A DNA stretch of 64,000 bases from Octopus vulgaris (GCA_951406725.2 OX597838.1:6758001-6822000); one strand, 5' to 3'. Counted from the first letter of the stretch, positions 28,336 through 45,840 are shown. Translations and numbers: made by a program. Notes: generated by a model from the letters alone, not told the origin.

Positions 28336-29719
28336 TATATATATATATATCAAACATATTGGAACAGTGGATCTGGACATTTATAATGCTATATAGAATA
28401 TTATGTCTTCGAGTTCAACCTTACGGTTTGTGTATCCGAAAGGGTTTTTCTCCCGAATGTTTTAATGATATTATTGAGAATTCTATATTCTTGAAATCCA
28501 CTGCTCTTAACATATTTATTCCACGTTCTTTCGAAAGTTTATGATTTCTCGTAGTGTAAACAACACAGACGCATATATATGTATGCATGTACAAACGTAT
28601 ACACACATCAATACATATACTGATGCATATATATATACATAAAATATCGATAGATATTTACATGCGTACATTCCTGCGCAAACGCACGTTTACGTACTTA
28701 CAAATATACAATCATGCATGAATGCATACATACATGAACGAACAAGAAATTAGCAGGAAAATACGAGGGGAAAATTAATGCGATGTAAAAAAAGTTAAGA
28801 ATGAACAAGGAATGAAAGAACGAAAAGAATGAAAAACCTAAAAGAGAACGAAAAATAAAAGAGACAAAAAACTCTTGACGAGAATAGCTTTATATAAAAA
28901 ATGACTGTGAAATCACTGAGAAAAAAAACACACACAGTCTCGAGACAAATGAAGAAAAGTTAATTAAAAGTCGATACAACATAAGGAAAACAATAAAATA
29001 CGTAGTCCTATTATGTTATTTTATCAGTGAACAGCGTACATTCTTATCATTCATCTCATTGTTACTCTTGCTTCTGTCATTCCGATGTAATTATTATCAA
29101 GGTTACAAGGTTCTTAGTTTTTTTCTCGGAAAAATTTTTTTCTTTAATTTTATTTAATTATTGTTATTGGTACGATTTCTTTCTTACTTGTAGTATTGTT
29201 TTGTGTTGTTCTTGCTCTTTCTCTTCTTGTTTTTAATTTTCTAGTGTTTATTCATTTCTCTGTGTGTATGGGTGTTGTTTCAGCTGTTCTTATTCTTACT
29301 TGTTGCGGTTGTTGCACTACAGCCTGTTACAATCTGTGTAAAAGCTTTTGTTTCAAACGTTGAAAACGATGAAGCTCCAGTTCTCTCCCGGTGTTATTTC
29401 TTCATCTTTTTTCTTCCTTGTCATACGAAGCGTATCATTTGTATCACCATTTTTTTTTTCTTGCTGTTTTCATGCCTTCGTCTTCTTACTATAGTTATTC
29501 TTCTGGCTGTTGTAATCAATTACTCTAGAGAAAGAGGTCGTAACCTATACGTTTGAAATGTGTCAGGTAAATCCATTACGTATTTTGATTCCATAGGATA
29601 TTGCTACTCTCAGAGGTACCTTGTGGTTGTAATTTCACGATTCTAAAATGTACGGTCTTTGTGCTAATCGCAACAAGTTGAATTGTTCATATATTTTATA
29701 TACCACTCACACACCAATA

Positions 29720-30310
<591 letters not shown>

Positions 30311-31087
30311 ATCTATTTGTTGCAGAGAAACGAATATATGAAATATTTATCATTATAATACTACGCTATTTGTAATATTTTCTCTACCTTTAGAAAATTG
30401 ATTTGGAACCAATTCAAAATAAATAAAGACATATCTATTCTTATAATATAAAGTCATTGTGTTGAGGTCTCAAAATGAAAAACTTCCCATCAAACATTGA
30501 TGAAATATAAACATAGATGTAAAAAGTAACTTCCGGCAATCTATATTGTTCATTCACTTAAATATCTTCCTTAACATCCTGTTTCCGTTTCTTTATTTTC
30601 TCATGTACGATCACACATATATAATAATTGTGTTTAAAATCTTCGTCCGGGAGAATAATATGCGACCGGAGATTTATTCGGTTTCTTTAGCCCAGCCTTA
30701 GCAGGTTCGTCATGAACTGTTGTCAATCGATGTCGTACAATGAAGAAAAATCGTGTTTAAGTAAGAGTATTCCAGAGTTTGGAACATTATGGTTAGTTTT
30801 GGTAAAGAAAAAATGGAAATTGACAGCAGAAATATTTCAGTCGAATGCTTTGATGGAGAAGCTTCACGAGATTTTGTCAGCCAGGACCAGAGTCGAGTGC
30901 AGAGACAATGAGAGGCCCAGTGACGTGATAGCAGATATTTCAGTCACGGGAGGAATTGTTTTCGTGAATAACTAACTTCTAAGTTGGATGATAATTTGTA
31001 GGAAAAACGACATCAATGTTAGAATTACAGTTGCAGCACAGTCTCGAATGTGTAAACTACTATAAGCATTTATTGTATTTGAAACAA

Positions 31088-31481
31088 GTGGAGGCGCAAT
31101 GGCCCAGTGGTTAGGGCAGCGGCCTCGCGGTCATAGGATCGCGGTTTCGATTCCCAGACCGGGCGTTGTGAGTGTTTATTGAGCGAAAACACCTAAAGCT
31201 CCACGAGGCTCCGGCAGGGGATGGTGGTGATCCCTGCTGTACTCTTTCACCACAATTTTCTCTCACTCTTACTTCCTGTTTCTGTTGTACCTGTATTTCA
31301 AAGGGCCGGCCTTGTCACTGTCTGTGTCATGCTGAATATCCCCGAGAACTACGTTAAGGGTACACGTGTCTGTGGAGTGCTCAGCCACTTACACGTTAAT
31401 TTCACGAGCAGGCTGTTCCGTTGATTGGATCAACCGGAACCCTCGTCGTCGTAACCGACGGAGTGCTTAGAAAAAAAAAAC
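31088..31481 (+). mobile_element. Full-length SINE family C with A-tail and TSD
   Basis: A and B boxes, A10 tail, TSD TTGAAACAA at 31079-31087 and 31482-31490. Confidence 0.92.
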
Positions 31482-31779
31482 TTGAAACAAAATTTCGAAT
31501 AATTATATAGGTATAAATAACAAATTTTATTATATGTCACTCGTTCAGGACTGACCTACTGCTAGACTCAAAATATTCTCGTTAACCCTGTGTCATACTA
31601 CAATGGCTTTCAAATCCTATTTCACGTAAACCTCATTCATTTTCTTTTACATTTTGCATTTAGTTAATTATTTCTGCTTCCAAACCTTTCTACATGCATC
31701 TTATTACTAACCGACGTGAAATAAGATCAAACAGCCTGTGTCAACTTGAAGGGATTTCGACAAATAAAGGGCAATTTTT

Positions 31780-32730
31780 GCTGTGAACATTTTTACCGTA
31801 TATTTTTTTGACATAGGCAGAATTAATACTCAGAGGTAATATTCATTCCCACTTCAACGTAAATGTTCTGTTAGAACAAGCTTTACTGTGGTTGATGCCA
31901 CGAGAGAAGTTCTCATAGGGGATTTGGGGTCTGAATGTACGCTTATTTCTATAACTACAGAGGAGATAAAACTCACCCAACTCCAGCGGCGAGACCACCA
32001 GTTCACATGATTTCGACCTTCGTTGTTCTCATCGGTGAAGGACGCTCGACAGTTAGAGACAACAGCAACTCATCTCTCCGTCAGCGATGTATAGTGAATC
32101 AGTGCTTGAACAGGCACTGGTGTCGCGATTATACAGTGAGCGTTTAAAAATATATTTATTAGCGACAGAGTCAGTATTATTTACCGAGAGGTAATATTTA
32201 CAGTAATCCCTCGACTATCGCGGATGTTACGATCCAAATTCCCCCGTGATAGCTGAAAATCCGCTAAGTAGAAGCAGTACTGTACTGTATATTGTTTTTT
32301 TTTTTATTATTATTTTTATAATATGTGTATATTTATTTCATTATAAATCAAAATAACACCACAGAAGAATCGACGGAAACTTTAATAAACCGCAATAGGT
32401 TAACCGTGATATGGCGACGTATTAATATACTCCCACTTAGTCGTGGCTTTTCTGTTAGAACGAACTTTTCTGCTGTAGATGAAAAAAAATCTCATATAGG
32501 CCTCTGATGCAAAATGCACGCTTGTTTGTATCGCTTTTAGAAGATAGAACGTCATAAACATATGGTGTCTACTGCAGGTCGAAATCAGGTGAACCAAGGG
32601 TCTCGACGAAGGAGTTGGCTGGGATTTATCACAGTTTTTCTGACAGTATTTATCGCATAAAGATTTTTTTTCTAACAACACCCACGTTTAAGTGGGAATA
32701 AATACTTTTTACCGTAGGGAAAAATCGACG
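31780..32730. mobile_element. Foldback/MITE-like element with long imperfect inverted arms
   Basis: 31965-32020 is the reverse complement of 32577-32630; CCCACTT..TTCTGTTAGAA (31848-31876) is mirrored at 32670-32700. Confidence 0.55.
32201..32427. mobile_element. pogo/Tigger-like MITE
   Basis: TA|CAGTAATCCCTCGACTATCGCGG left TIR and a degraded right TIR CCGTGATATGGCGACGTATTA; inserted at TA. Confidence 0.65.
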
Positions 32731-33469
32731 TCAGACAAATTCATCATATGGACAATGGTAAAGTGTAATACATCAACATTTTTGTTTTTAAATAAAAGAC
32801 AAAAATGATAAAAGGGTTTTTATAGATAGACATTAGATAGACAAGTCATTATTCAACGTCAAACATTAGAAAGAAAAGGAAACAACTATGAGAAATGTCG
32901 GCGTAAATATTTTTGCCGTAGGAAAAATTCACCGAAAGAAATTTCATTTTAAATGACCTCGTCAATTTGGTTTTCATGTTTGTCATTAAATAAAGATTTA
33001 CCTACTTTAAATAGGTAAGTCTTTATTTATTGTTTATTTAAAACATTTTATTATTGTTTTCTATCATTTTGAAAATTGCTGATATGATATACTTTATCAT
33101 TGTCAATACTGCGATTTTTCGTACGATGCGAATTTTCTTACGGCAAATTTACCGGACACGTCAAACAGCTCACGGTTTAAATTTGCAGAAAACCTCATGA
33201 CTGTCAGACTAAAGGTTGATAGCCAACAACTAACAACAATTTTGCTACAACAGAAATCACCAGCATAACATCTTTCCAAGCCTAACTCATTCTTTAACAC
33301 AAAAAGCATATATAGAAAAGTGCATTTCTGTCGCAAGGTAATTTGCATATACACAAAAAAGTGTTCGAATGGGAATAGCATGGCACTGGATAGCAAATAT
33401 GAAAAATGTATATTAATTACAACTTTGATATATGTTTCTGATTGAAGTCATGTATGTGTATGTAGATGT

Positions 33470-33625
33470 GTATATATCAATATCTATTTTCTATATTTAT
33501 ATCAGTCTATCTATCTATTTATCTTTCTCTGTCTCTCTCTCTTTATATATATATATGCATATATTTATATATATATGTATATATATATATGTATATATAT
33601 TTGTGTGCATATATATATATGCATA

Positions 33626-33673
<48 letters not shown>

Positions 33674-33710
33674 TATATATATATATAAATATGTATGTAT
33701 GTATAATTCA
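33470..33710. repeat. (AT)n-rich tract
   Basis: Direct reading. Confidence 0.9.
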
Positions 33711-34236
33711 TTGATGAAAACCGAATATTCTGCAAATAGGATACGTTTTCATTGCTCTGGAGATTTAATATTAATTAGAAGTAAATGTATGGTTAAGCGA
33801 GTTAAGCAGGTCAATATACAATGCATATTAAACACATGAAATACAAATAAATGTATATTTACATAAAAAAAGGTCTGACTTACACAGAATATAAATAATA
33901 TGAAGAATGAAAGATGTTGACAAAAAGTATACAAATCCAACAAACAGCTGTGTCTGGGGTTTCGTCAGTCAATAATAATATTTGTAGCTTGATTGCATCG
34001 TCAGATGCGACGAGTCTCCCTCTTCAGGGAAGAGAACTTACATTTGAGGTGTTCAGAGAAATATGTTCCAATATATATATATATATATATATAGTTGGAA
34101 TTTATGGAAAAACAAAAGAGGAAGACAGTGTATGAACTACAAGCAAGTGTATTGGTTTGACGGTCGAGAAAAGGTCTTTTACGTTTCGAGCCTACGCACT
34201 TGAACAGAAAGTAATAAGAGAAACGATACAGACCTA

Positions 34237-34332
<96 letters not shown>

Positions 34333-34683
34333 AGAAAATTGGTGGCACTTTACGCTGATTTTATAACCCGAACACGTGAGTGTTCAAAAATGTTAAAGTT
34401 TGAGAAAACTGATTAGACCGAAAATAGTTTCAGACTCGATCTAAAAGGAGTAACAATCGATTTCAGAAGCGACCGTTTCCACGGAAATTCCAATATTGTA
34501 AATGCGTTTTGAGGTGACATTACTGTTAGACCTCATTTCAGTGACAGAGAAGGAATATAAGAAGCAATTTCATTAGGCTAGCATTGGTATATTCTAGTTT
34601 TATGTGTGTTATCTGTTATTTCCTTATTTATGGTTGCGTTGCAAATATGTCATCATAATTATTTTATGCGTGTATGTTTTTGA

Positions 34684-34717
<34 letters not shown>

Positions 34718-35219
34718 TTGACCTACGTAACGTATAAAGGCCATTTATAAAATATATAAATTATTATTTGTTGAATATGTTGACTAAATTATTTTCAATC
34801 CTGTCCCGATGTGCCGAAGACTTTGTCACAACGATGTTTATTACAGAAAATATGTAATTGCATTTATTTGGAAGGTAAATTTTATTCATAATCCTCGATA
34901 CACTCCCATACATTCATACATACACGTGGGCGTGTGTGTAAACATACATATATACCTACATACATAGGGCAGGCTTCTTTCATTTTGCGTTCCACTTTCA
35001 CTTAAAATGTATTTGGTCGGCACCGGGCGAGAGAAAAATATACATGCTGGAGCATCTTCGCTCTGGAAATGAAGCAGGAAACACATCATTAAAAATAAAG
35101 CATTTGGACGACACATCCACCCCTGCTCATATATTTTTAATACCGGGATAAATCATTGCACAAGACAGAGTATGGATTTACCAAATTCTTATCGCTATTC
35201 TAAACATCACTCAGACATT

Positions 35220-35353
35220 TACATTTGACGGCTATTTGTTCTCATCTTGTTTGTTAGCGCATTTCGCTGATATACCCTCCAGCCTTCATCAGGTGTCTTT
35301 GGGAAATTTCGCACCCGGGTACTCATTCCTAAGTTATTTTTCGATGTTGTTGA

Positions 35354-35413
<60 letters not shown>

Positions 35414-35493
35414 CATTATTATTATTCAGGTCTCAGCCTGGAATCGAACTCTGAATCTTGGCGTTAGTAGCTCGCACTCTCAACCACTACGCC
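35220..35493 (-). mobile_element. tRNA-headed SINE family E with internal (AAT)n and hammerhead-like tail
   Basis: Minus strand: GGCGTAGTGGTT...GAGTTCGATTCC head, (AAT)n, then GACAC-CTGATGA-AGGCTG..CAGC-GAAA. Confidence 0.75.
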
Positions 35494-35499
35494 TGAATG

Positions 35500-35587
<88 letters not shown>

Positions 35588-35654
35588 CAATAATAATAAT
35601 ATTAATAATAATAATAATAATAATATTAATAATCATAATAGTCATAATAATGAT

Positions 35655-35840
35655 AATAACATCGAAAAATACCTTAGGAATTAGAGCCCAGGTTTGAAAT
35701 CTCCCCAAGACACCTGATGAAGAGTGGAAGTTATACCAACCGAAACGTTGTTAACAACAAACAAGATGAAGACAAATATCCATCAAATTTAAATAATGTA
35801 AATAATGTACATAATTCCTTATCTCTTAAATATAGAACTG
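35655..35840 (+). mobile_element. Second (headless) family E copy, inverted relative to the first
   Basis: CATCGAAAAATACCTTAGGAAT..CCAAGACACCTGATGAAG..CCGAAACGTTGTTAACAACAAACAAGATG mirrors 35225-35350. Confidence 0.8.
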
Positions 35841-37149
35841 TACCACTCAGACATTTCTTCACATAACCTTTTAAACTTCCATATATATACACACATATAT
35901 GTTCCCAAAGAGAGACTATGCTCTCTAAATATGTTCGTCTTGTTTAACGATGAGTTTGATACGTTTTATGACTTTAGAGACGTATACATATCACTATATT
36001 TAAATAATTATGTAAGCATATATGATGTATATTTATATATCTATATAAAGGACAACAATATAGTGTTATACATATATTTTTAAACTCACTTCAGGTTTAT
36101 CTGTAAAGAACGACGGATTGTAAACGACAAAATATTCTGCGGTCACAGCAGTCAACCGTGAATAGCCTCGTGTTGAAATTTTATAAAATCTCATATATGT
36201 TAACTGCTCCGCTTAACGATATTGCTTTGAGAATAGTACATTCGTAATACAAAATATCAGTTCGTTGTAACATCAGTTAGAGGTATTCAAACGTAAGTAT
36301 TTACATAAATAATTATAAGGCACATATATTTTTATGTGTATGTATGTATTTATGCATATGTGTGTGTATGCATGCGAGTATATACGAGGCTATATGTGTA
36401 TAAATGTGTACAAACGTGAGCATTTTCTCATATAATTATAGGTGCATATATGTGTGTGTATGCGTGAACCTAAGCATACGAGTACACATGTGAGTGTGTA
36501 AATATGTGTCAGTGTGAGATGTGTTTGTGCGTGTGTATGTGTGTGTGTGTGCGTGTGCGTGTGTGTACAGCACCAGAAGACTATCGGAGAACTAACCGAC
36601 TGATATGTATTGTATTGTAAATGCGTAAAACACGAATGCCGTGTTTAATAAACCGGAAATTACTGGAGATTTTAATGAGAAATTGCTAGTACATTAACTA
36701 CGGAATATATGGCGTCATTTAAAAATGATTATAAAAACGGGAAAATTTATTGCAGCAAGTGATGCAGGAGAAAGATTAGCATTTCTTTAAAGGTATATGA
36801 AGATCGATACAAAGCTAGTCGAGATAAGGCTGATAAATTGATAATGCTGCTGGTGGTAAGAGACTGGCAGTTGGGAGAGTTTAGAAAAGAAAATAATTCA
36901 AAATGAAGACAGGTGTCATTTCGCTCTTCATTACTGTTAGCCTCGTTTTCGTGATGGACGTAGTTAAAGAGCCTCGTTATTGTTTACGCTTTTATTATCG
37001 ACAGTTATCTTTTGTGAGTATTGCATGTACATATATACATATGCTTGTGTGTGTGTATATGTGTGTATGTCTATGTGTGTGTGCGTGTGTATTCACACTC
37101 GTGGGCGTTGATTTTGCTACATGGTTATGATGTTAGCTGACCTAACATG

Positions 37150-37365
37150 TGGTTCAGCTTCGCTGCGCTGCTCCCTTGGAAAAATATATTTTTCTATAGC
37201 ACCGGGCCGTGAAAAGCCCTGCTAGTAGACTTGGGTAAAAGAAACTGAAAGAAACCCGTCGTATACATATAAATGTATAGTGCTTGGACCGATTTGTTTG
37301 ACTAAATCCATCAGAGTAGTGCTGAGCATGGACGCATTCCAAAGACTGAAACGAACAAAAGAGGA
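37150..37365 (+). mobile_element. Degraded SINE family B
   Basis: GAAACTGAAAGAAACCCGTCGTATA and GCTGAGCATGG..GACTGAAACGAACAAAAGA. Confidence 0.65.
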
Positions 37366-38769
37366 GTAAATTTATATAAGCCTAAGATCTTTGGAACCAA
37401 ATAAAAAAAAACTTGTAGAAAACACAAAAAATCTCCCGCAAATATAACCCAGCCGCCACACATAAGGGATAACTACACTAGATGAAACAATGCTGCTTGA
37501 CCTGGAGAAAGTTGTACAGGGGTTAATTCTTTCAAAAAAATGTCTTCAAGGCCGAGCACCAATATGGCCGAAGTTTAATGACTGTAACAAATAAAATAAA
37601 AAGATGAAAGCAAAAGATAACTCACACACACACACACACACACACACATAGCTATCACGTAACCGTTTTAAATTGTGTCAGTTGTTTCCCGTTATATGAT
37701 TTAGTTTCTCAATTCTCTGATAAGGCCAGTTCGTTCTGGCTTCATTCGCTTGTAAAACACCTGCCATCATTATTGACGGCACAGGTATTCTATTAGCTAC
37801 AACTGTTCATGACTATAAAATGGCTTCCAATTAACCTTGCAGCAACTTAGTTATATTTTGAGCTTATGTGATTGCACACCACTGTTTGATCAAGAAGGTT
37901 CTTTTTATTTGGTTTGTTTTAATTTGGTTCTCTTGTACTTTTCATATATTTCTTGACATTCTGTGATACAGTTTCGTTTCCTGCTAACAAATCAAATCAT
38001 CAATTTGTTTCCAAAACATCTAAACTTTCTCAAAAGTTAAGAATGCTAGATGCTCCACCAGATTGACTTTTAGCTGGAAAATATCAAGAAATCAATGTTT
38101 TTGCAGGAACAGTTTCTGATTGACTTCGATAATATACCTTAATAGGGAACCAGTCCGATGATCCGTTACTAAATTATATTCTACTCATTTCTATATTTCT
38201 ATTTTAGAAAGCATCGGTAGCTAAATCTCATGGTTCCAGCCTGACTGACTCTTCCTTCGACACTTGGATATTGAAAGCTAAATCTAGTAAGTATAATTAA
38301 TCTCATTGGTCGAGAAAATAATTAGGTAGGTTATAGTAAATTTGATTTTGTTGGAGTCACAGACCACGCTTTCTCTGGAAATAAGTTTCCGTTGATACAC
38401 ATATCATTTAAAATGTCATTGGAATATTTCGTCTTGTATTTTATAGATCTTGATTTCAACAGAAATTTCATAGACCATCCGGGTTTTTTTTTTCTTTTCG
38501 TATACGTTATAATAGAGGCTGTAGTTTGTCGATGGCTTACGAGTTTACTCTCACTTGACCAATTCAGGTGAGAATTACAACATACCATACTGAGTGTAAA
38601 ATGTCTTCCAGTTAACCTTACAATAATTGAAACGCTAAACTCTCTCCTTTCACCGAGCGTCAAGCTAATACATGTGTGGTGCACGTCGCCATGCTCTCCA
38701 TTTTAAATCGTTTCTTTATTCTCTCATTTCAATTGCATGTTTATTCGAATTGATTATAAACACACACAC

Positions 38770-38810
<41 letters not shown>

Positions 38811-38811
<1 letters not shown>

Positions 38812-39036
38812 CTTTACTACCCACAAGGGGCTGACCATAGAGGTGACAAAGAAGGACAGACGAAGGAATTAAGTCGATTACATCGACCCAGTGCGAAACT
38901 GGTACTTTGTTTATCGACCCCAAGAGGATGAAAGACAAAGTCGACCTCTGCGGAATTTGAACTCAGAACGTAACGACAGACAAAATACCGCAAAGCATTT
39001 CGATCGGCGCGCGAACGTTTCTGCCAGCTCGCCGCC
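38811..39036 (-). mobile_element. Full-length SINE family A
   Basis: Reverse complement of the 3712-3943 monomer. Confidence 0.9.
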
Positions 39037-40099
39037 TTTATACATATACTTATTCTTGGTAAGCCTAGCATTTGTTGTTATATGTCACCGCTCGCAAATC
39101 GGTTTCCATCGTTATTTAGCTTTCGGAAGATGCTATCCCTGCTGCTTAGGCCATCTATGGTCCGTCGCAGGGCTACCCATTAATGGCTGAGTGTACCGTA
39201 GGAGGAGGAAATAATTGTCCAAGAACACAACAGTTCAGTTATGGAACCCTCAAATTTAGCGGTCAATATTGCAACACTTTAACCACGTTGCCATTAAAAA
39301 TATCTCTCTAAGTTGAAAGTAATTTCATTGGGTAAAACCGAGTCTCTTCTTCCATGATGCACACAGTTTTTAAAACTTTTTTAAAAATTTGTATGTCTGT
39401 GTATCTGTGTGTGTGTGAGCGCGCGTATTTCAGTGTGTGTCTGTGTTTGTATGCTTCCTTTTGATTGTGTGTGTATGTCAGTATATATATCCGTGTGTGT
39501 TTATGAATATCGCGAAAAAGCCAAGTGCTTATTCAGCAGGCGTATCATGACTAGTGTTAATGAGTTATTTCAATTAAGTGTATTGGACAAATATTCAGGT
39601 ACATTCAGAACTATTAGATGCGTTGACATGTTTATGTGCAAGAAAATAAACTGATTTGATTTCAAATAAAACAACATGAATAAAGTACGTTTCATGTCAG
39701 ATTCTAGTTTAAAAAATTCTGTTTCGAAACCTATATGTCTCATGAGGCGGTGTACATAAAGCGCATATTTATAAAATGATATGCGTAATAATATCAGCCT
39801 CGGTTGTTATATATAAAATATATCTAGAAAAGAAGTGTGGACAGAAAAAAAAGATGCAATTTTACACAGGAAGGATGAAGCAAATCGGAAGTGTAATGGA
39901 TAACTGGAGCATCTTAAAACAGATTTCAAATTCCCAGTGACTTAGACTGTGTAACAAGATATAGATATATGTCGCAAGATATAATCAAATTATATTGAGG
40001 CAATTATCGCGGAAAATGTGAAACTACTGTCCATATCAATTACAGATTATTTGGGGAATATAGAAAAAGAAATTGGCATAAAGATAGATTGATAGACAG

Positions 40100-40329
40100 A
40101 TATTGATATATCTAAAGTTTGATAGATAGACAGATATATGGATAGATACACCGATAAAAAGATAGGAAGGTAAATATATATAGAGATAGATACATACCTA
40201 CATATGTATGTACGAATTTCCATTATCTTTATGAATGTATATATACACATTATGTTCATATGTCTGTATATATATTCATAGATATATACACACGGGCGCG
40301 CGCATATATGTGTGTGTGAATATATATAT

Positions 40330-40404
<75 letters not shown>

Positions 40405-40419
40405 GATAGATAGAAAGAA

Positions 40420-40450
<31 letters not shown>

Positions 40451-40548
40451 GAGAGATATATAAATGTTGGTTGGTAAGTAAGAAAATAGGTATATGACTC
40501 GAGATAATTACACGCATGAAATAATATATATATATATATACATACATT

Positions 40549-40606
<58 letters not shown>

Positions 40607-40976
40607 TATATATATATATGTATGTATATATATATATGTATGTTTATATATATATGTATGTTTATATATATGCGTGTATATCTACGCGTGTGAGTATGTA
40701 TCCGTGTATATATGTAATTGTTTGTATATGTGTGTATATACAAACACATTCTGATGCATCTATTTGTCTCTTCTTTTATTTCTTGTTATAAAAACATGAT
40801 AATGACAATAATTAAGCTTCAGTTCTTTTCTCCTATTACCATTTTCCTTTTAATATGATACTTGTGTTCCTAAGTCCCGTTTAATTTTTCATGTTCCTAC
40901 CGTTCTCTTTAAACACACACGCACAACCACACTCACACATATACACTCACTCACACATACATACATATATATGTAC

Positions 40977-41029
<53 letters not shown>

Positions 41030-41260
41030 TACATATGTGTATATATTATATAGATATATGAATGTATGTATACATATATGAATATATATATATATATATT
41101 CATATATGTATACTTGTATATATACATATATATGTGTGAGTTTGTGTTTCTGTGTGTCTGTGTGTCTGTGTGTGTGTGCACTTATACGTACGTTCGTATA
41201 GATATTGGCATTCATAATTATATCTATGTATGTATGTATATATATATATATATATATACA
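40100..41260. repeat. (AGAT)n/(AT)n/(GT)n cluster
   Basis: Direct reading. Confidence 0.9.
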
Positions 41261-41699
41261 GATGCTATGTTTTTCTATATTTGTTGTCGATAGTTTTGGC
41301 TGTTTCCCTTTTTTTTTGTTTGGTTTGTATTATTCTTTAAACGTAAAACAATTGTGCGAATCTGGAACATATATTAATATCGATTAGAAGGAATAATTCT
41401 TAGAAACGAATTTTATTAGCGAATCTGACAAAATCTTGTAATTGTCGCTTTTAAGTCACAATTTTCTTTATATTATTTCTTTAGTGGTGAACCACCTGCT
41501 CGAGTAACAATAATTTTATTTTCAATTGTTATCATACAAACACTAGTGTGTTAATAACTTTAAACCTATTCTTGCCTTTTTTTTTTCGTTGTTGTATATT
41601 TATCTCTATGTGTTTTGTATAGCCTATATTTTTGTTTTGTCTTTTATTTTATGATTTTATTTTTCTTTGATGTTATATTTTAAACGCTACTCGGTGATG

Positions 41700-43640
<1,941 letters not shown>

Positions 43641-44577
43641 AAGTACATATACTTAACAAAAACAAAGACACCTGCGCCTGTATACACACACAAAGAAACA
43701 CACACGGATATGTATATATATTGTATACAATTGATAGGAATGCATATCTGTGTGCATGTGTATATACTCATCTGTATATACATATGTATATAACTTTATA
43801 CATAAATTATATATGCGCTAATATAAACAAGGTGATACACATTTATATTTCATTTGTGTGTACGCATGAATATACTTACCTAGATATAATTTATATAGAA
43901 AGATACACTGACAGGGAGAGACAGAAATAGATTGATTGATAGATAGATAGCAAGATGGAAGCGTGAGTAAATATATACATATATAGAAAATTCTACGTAG
44001 ATACTTACATATTTATCTATCCGTCTAGTTATGAAAAGATAGATAGATTAATAGATATACACCTTTCATATCTTTCCTCCACGTCTACATGCGATTCATT
44101 CTACTAAATCACGGAAATAACATATATATAATGAATTTGGTATTTTTTCTTATATTTCATTTGTATTTAACTCTTATATATATATTTCTCTATCAGAGTC
44201 TCCCGTTACAAAAACCCCATTCGTATCTGAATATTATTCTATAAATTACTTACCGAAACAAATCTCCCCATAAATAATTGGTATGACACCATGTCGCTAT
44301 ACTGACGCCTAAAATGTATAAATTATTTGCTTTTTATTACATTAGTCTTTGAATGTACAGGAAGTGACAGAATATAGTTAACGATAGTGGCTTCTACTGA
44401 ATCGTTAGTTTTACAAGGAATCGTAGACGACCACCATCAAATCAAACCGGATTCTCATTAAAAACATGAAGAATATATTAGAGAATATAGCCATATCAAT
44501 ATCTATTTATCTATCTAACTTTCTATCCATCTACTTGTATCTGTACATATTTATATGTGCGCTTGTCTGTGTGTATG

Positions 44578-44651
<74 letters not shown>

Positions 44652-45801
44652 TGTGTGTATATATATACATGCATTGACAGGTATATTCGCGTGAATAACA
44701 GCAATGAAATAGAGGGTTGAAACACGCAGGAAAAACGTCGATGACTGCGCATCGGGCTTGAACGCACAGCTTCTGTAGACATGTCAGGTGTTCGAAGAAC
44801 GTAAAAAATAAAAGATATGTGCGTGTGTGTGTGTGTGTGAGTGTGTGTGTGTGTGCTTTTTTGCACGCGTGCACGTCTGTATCTATGTATATGTGTATGT
44901 GCATATAATCATACATACGCACATGTAACCCCTATAGGCAACTTTACATCGAAAGATCTATGATAAAACCTCCCTTAGACTATAATATCATTCGTGAAAC
45001 GCCAATCGTCGCCAATACTGCTCTCATAATAAATAATTGCCAAAAACAATAATTCTACTGGAATTCTTTATATGGATGTTTCATTTCTCTGGACAAATCA
45101 ATTTCTAACATAGATTAGACTCTTAAGGACGGAACCATTACATAAAATTCTTCTAAAATGTAGTTGGTAAGCAGCAGACCAAGAACCAAGTATCGTATAT
45201 CTTTCACTCACTGTAAGGAAACATTTGAAGTTTCATGGATACCTAAAGGATAGTGTTCGAATTTAAGAATAAGTTAAATTATTTTGGTGTGGTAGGGTGT
45301 ACGAAACTTTTTTAAAGAGATTTATTTCGATATTTCGGAATTTATCAAAATACACCTATATGTAGTCTGATATATATTAGATGATTTATTCCAGGACATG
45401 TAGTCTACAATCTCATAAACCTAAAATGCGACTTTGTAAGTAAAAATTAATCATTTTCTCAGTTTACTCTGCGGCAGTTTCCCAAGAGTAAGAAGGCTTT
45501 ATTGCATGCAGAATTATATAGATTTTTTGATCACGCTAAAATAAAAAGAATATTGAAATATTTAATAAGATGCATACAGAAAATCTTCGAAAGCAAAAAC
45601 TAGAACCGACAACCAAACACACTTAACCGATGCTTATGGAAAATCGAGTCGTGCACAAACTTCTATCTAACTAAAAATTCACCTGATGAAAGTGGAATTT
45701 GTCATGATGTAATTGATGTTATCGTTCAATTCTTTAATAAAAATGCTTTCAAACAGCTCTTGCGGACATTTAAAATACATTTGTGTTCGTATTTTATCTT
45801 A

Positions 45802-45840
<39 letters not shown>

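Noticed and set aside
45680-45720. CTGATGA motif
   Set aside because: No stem II followed by GAAA and NUH; a chance occurrence.
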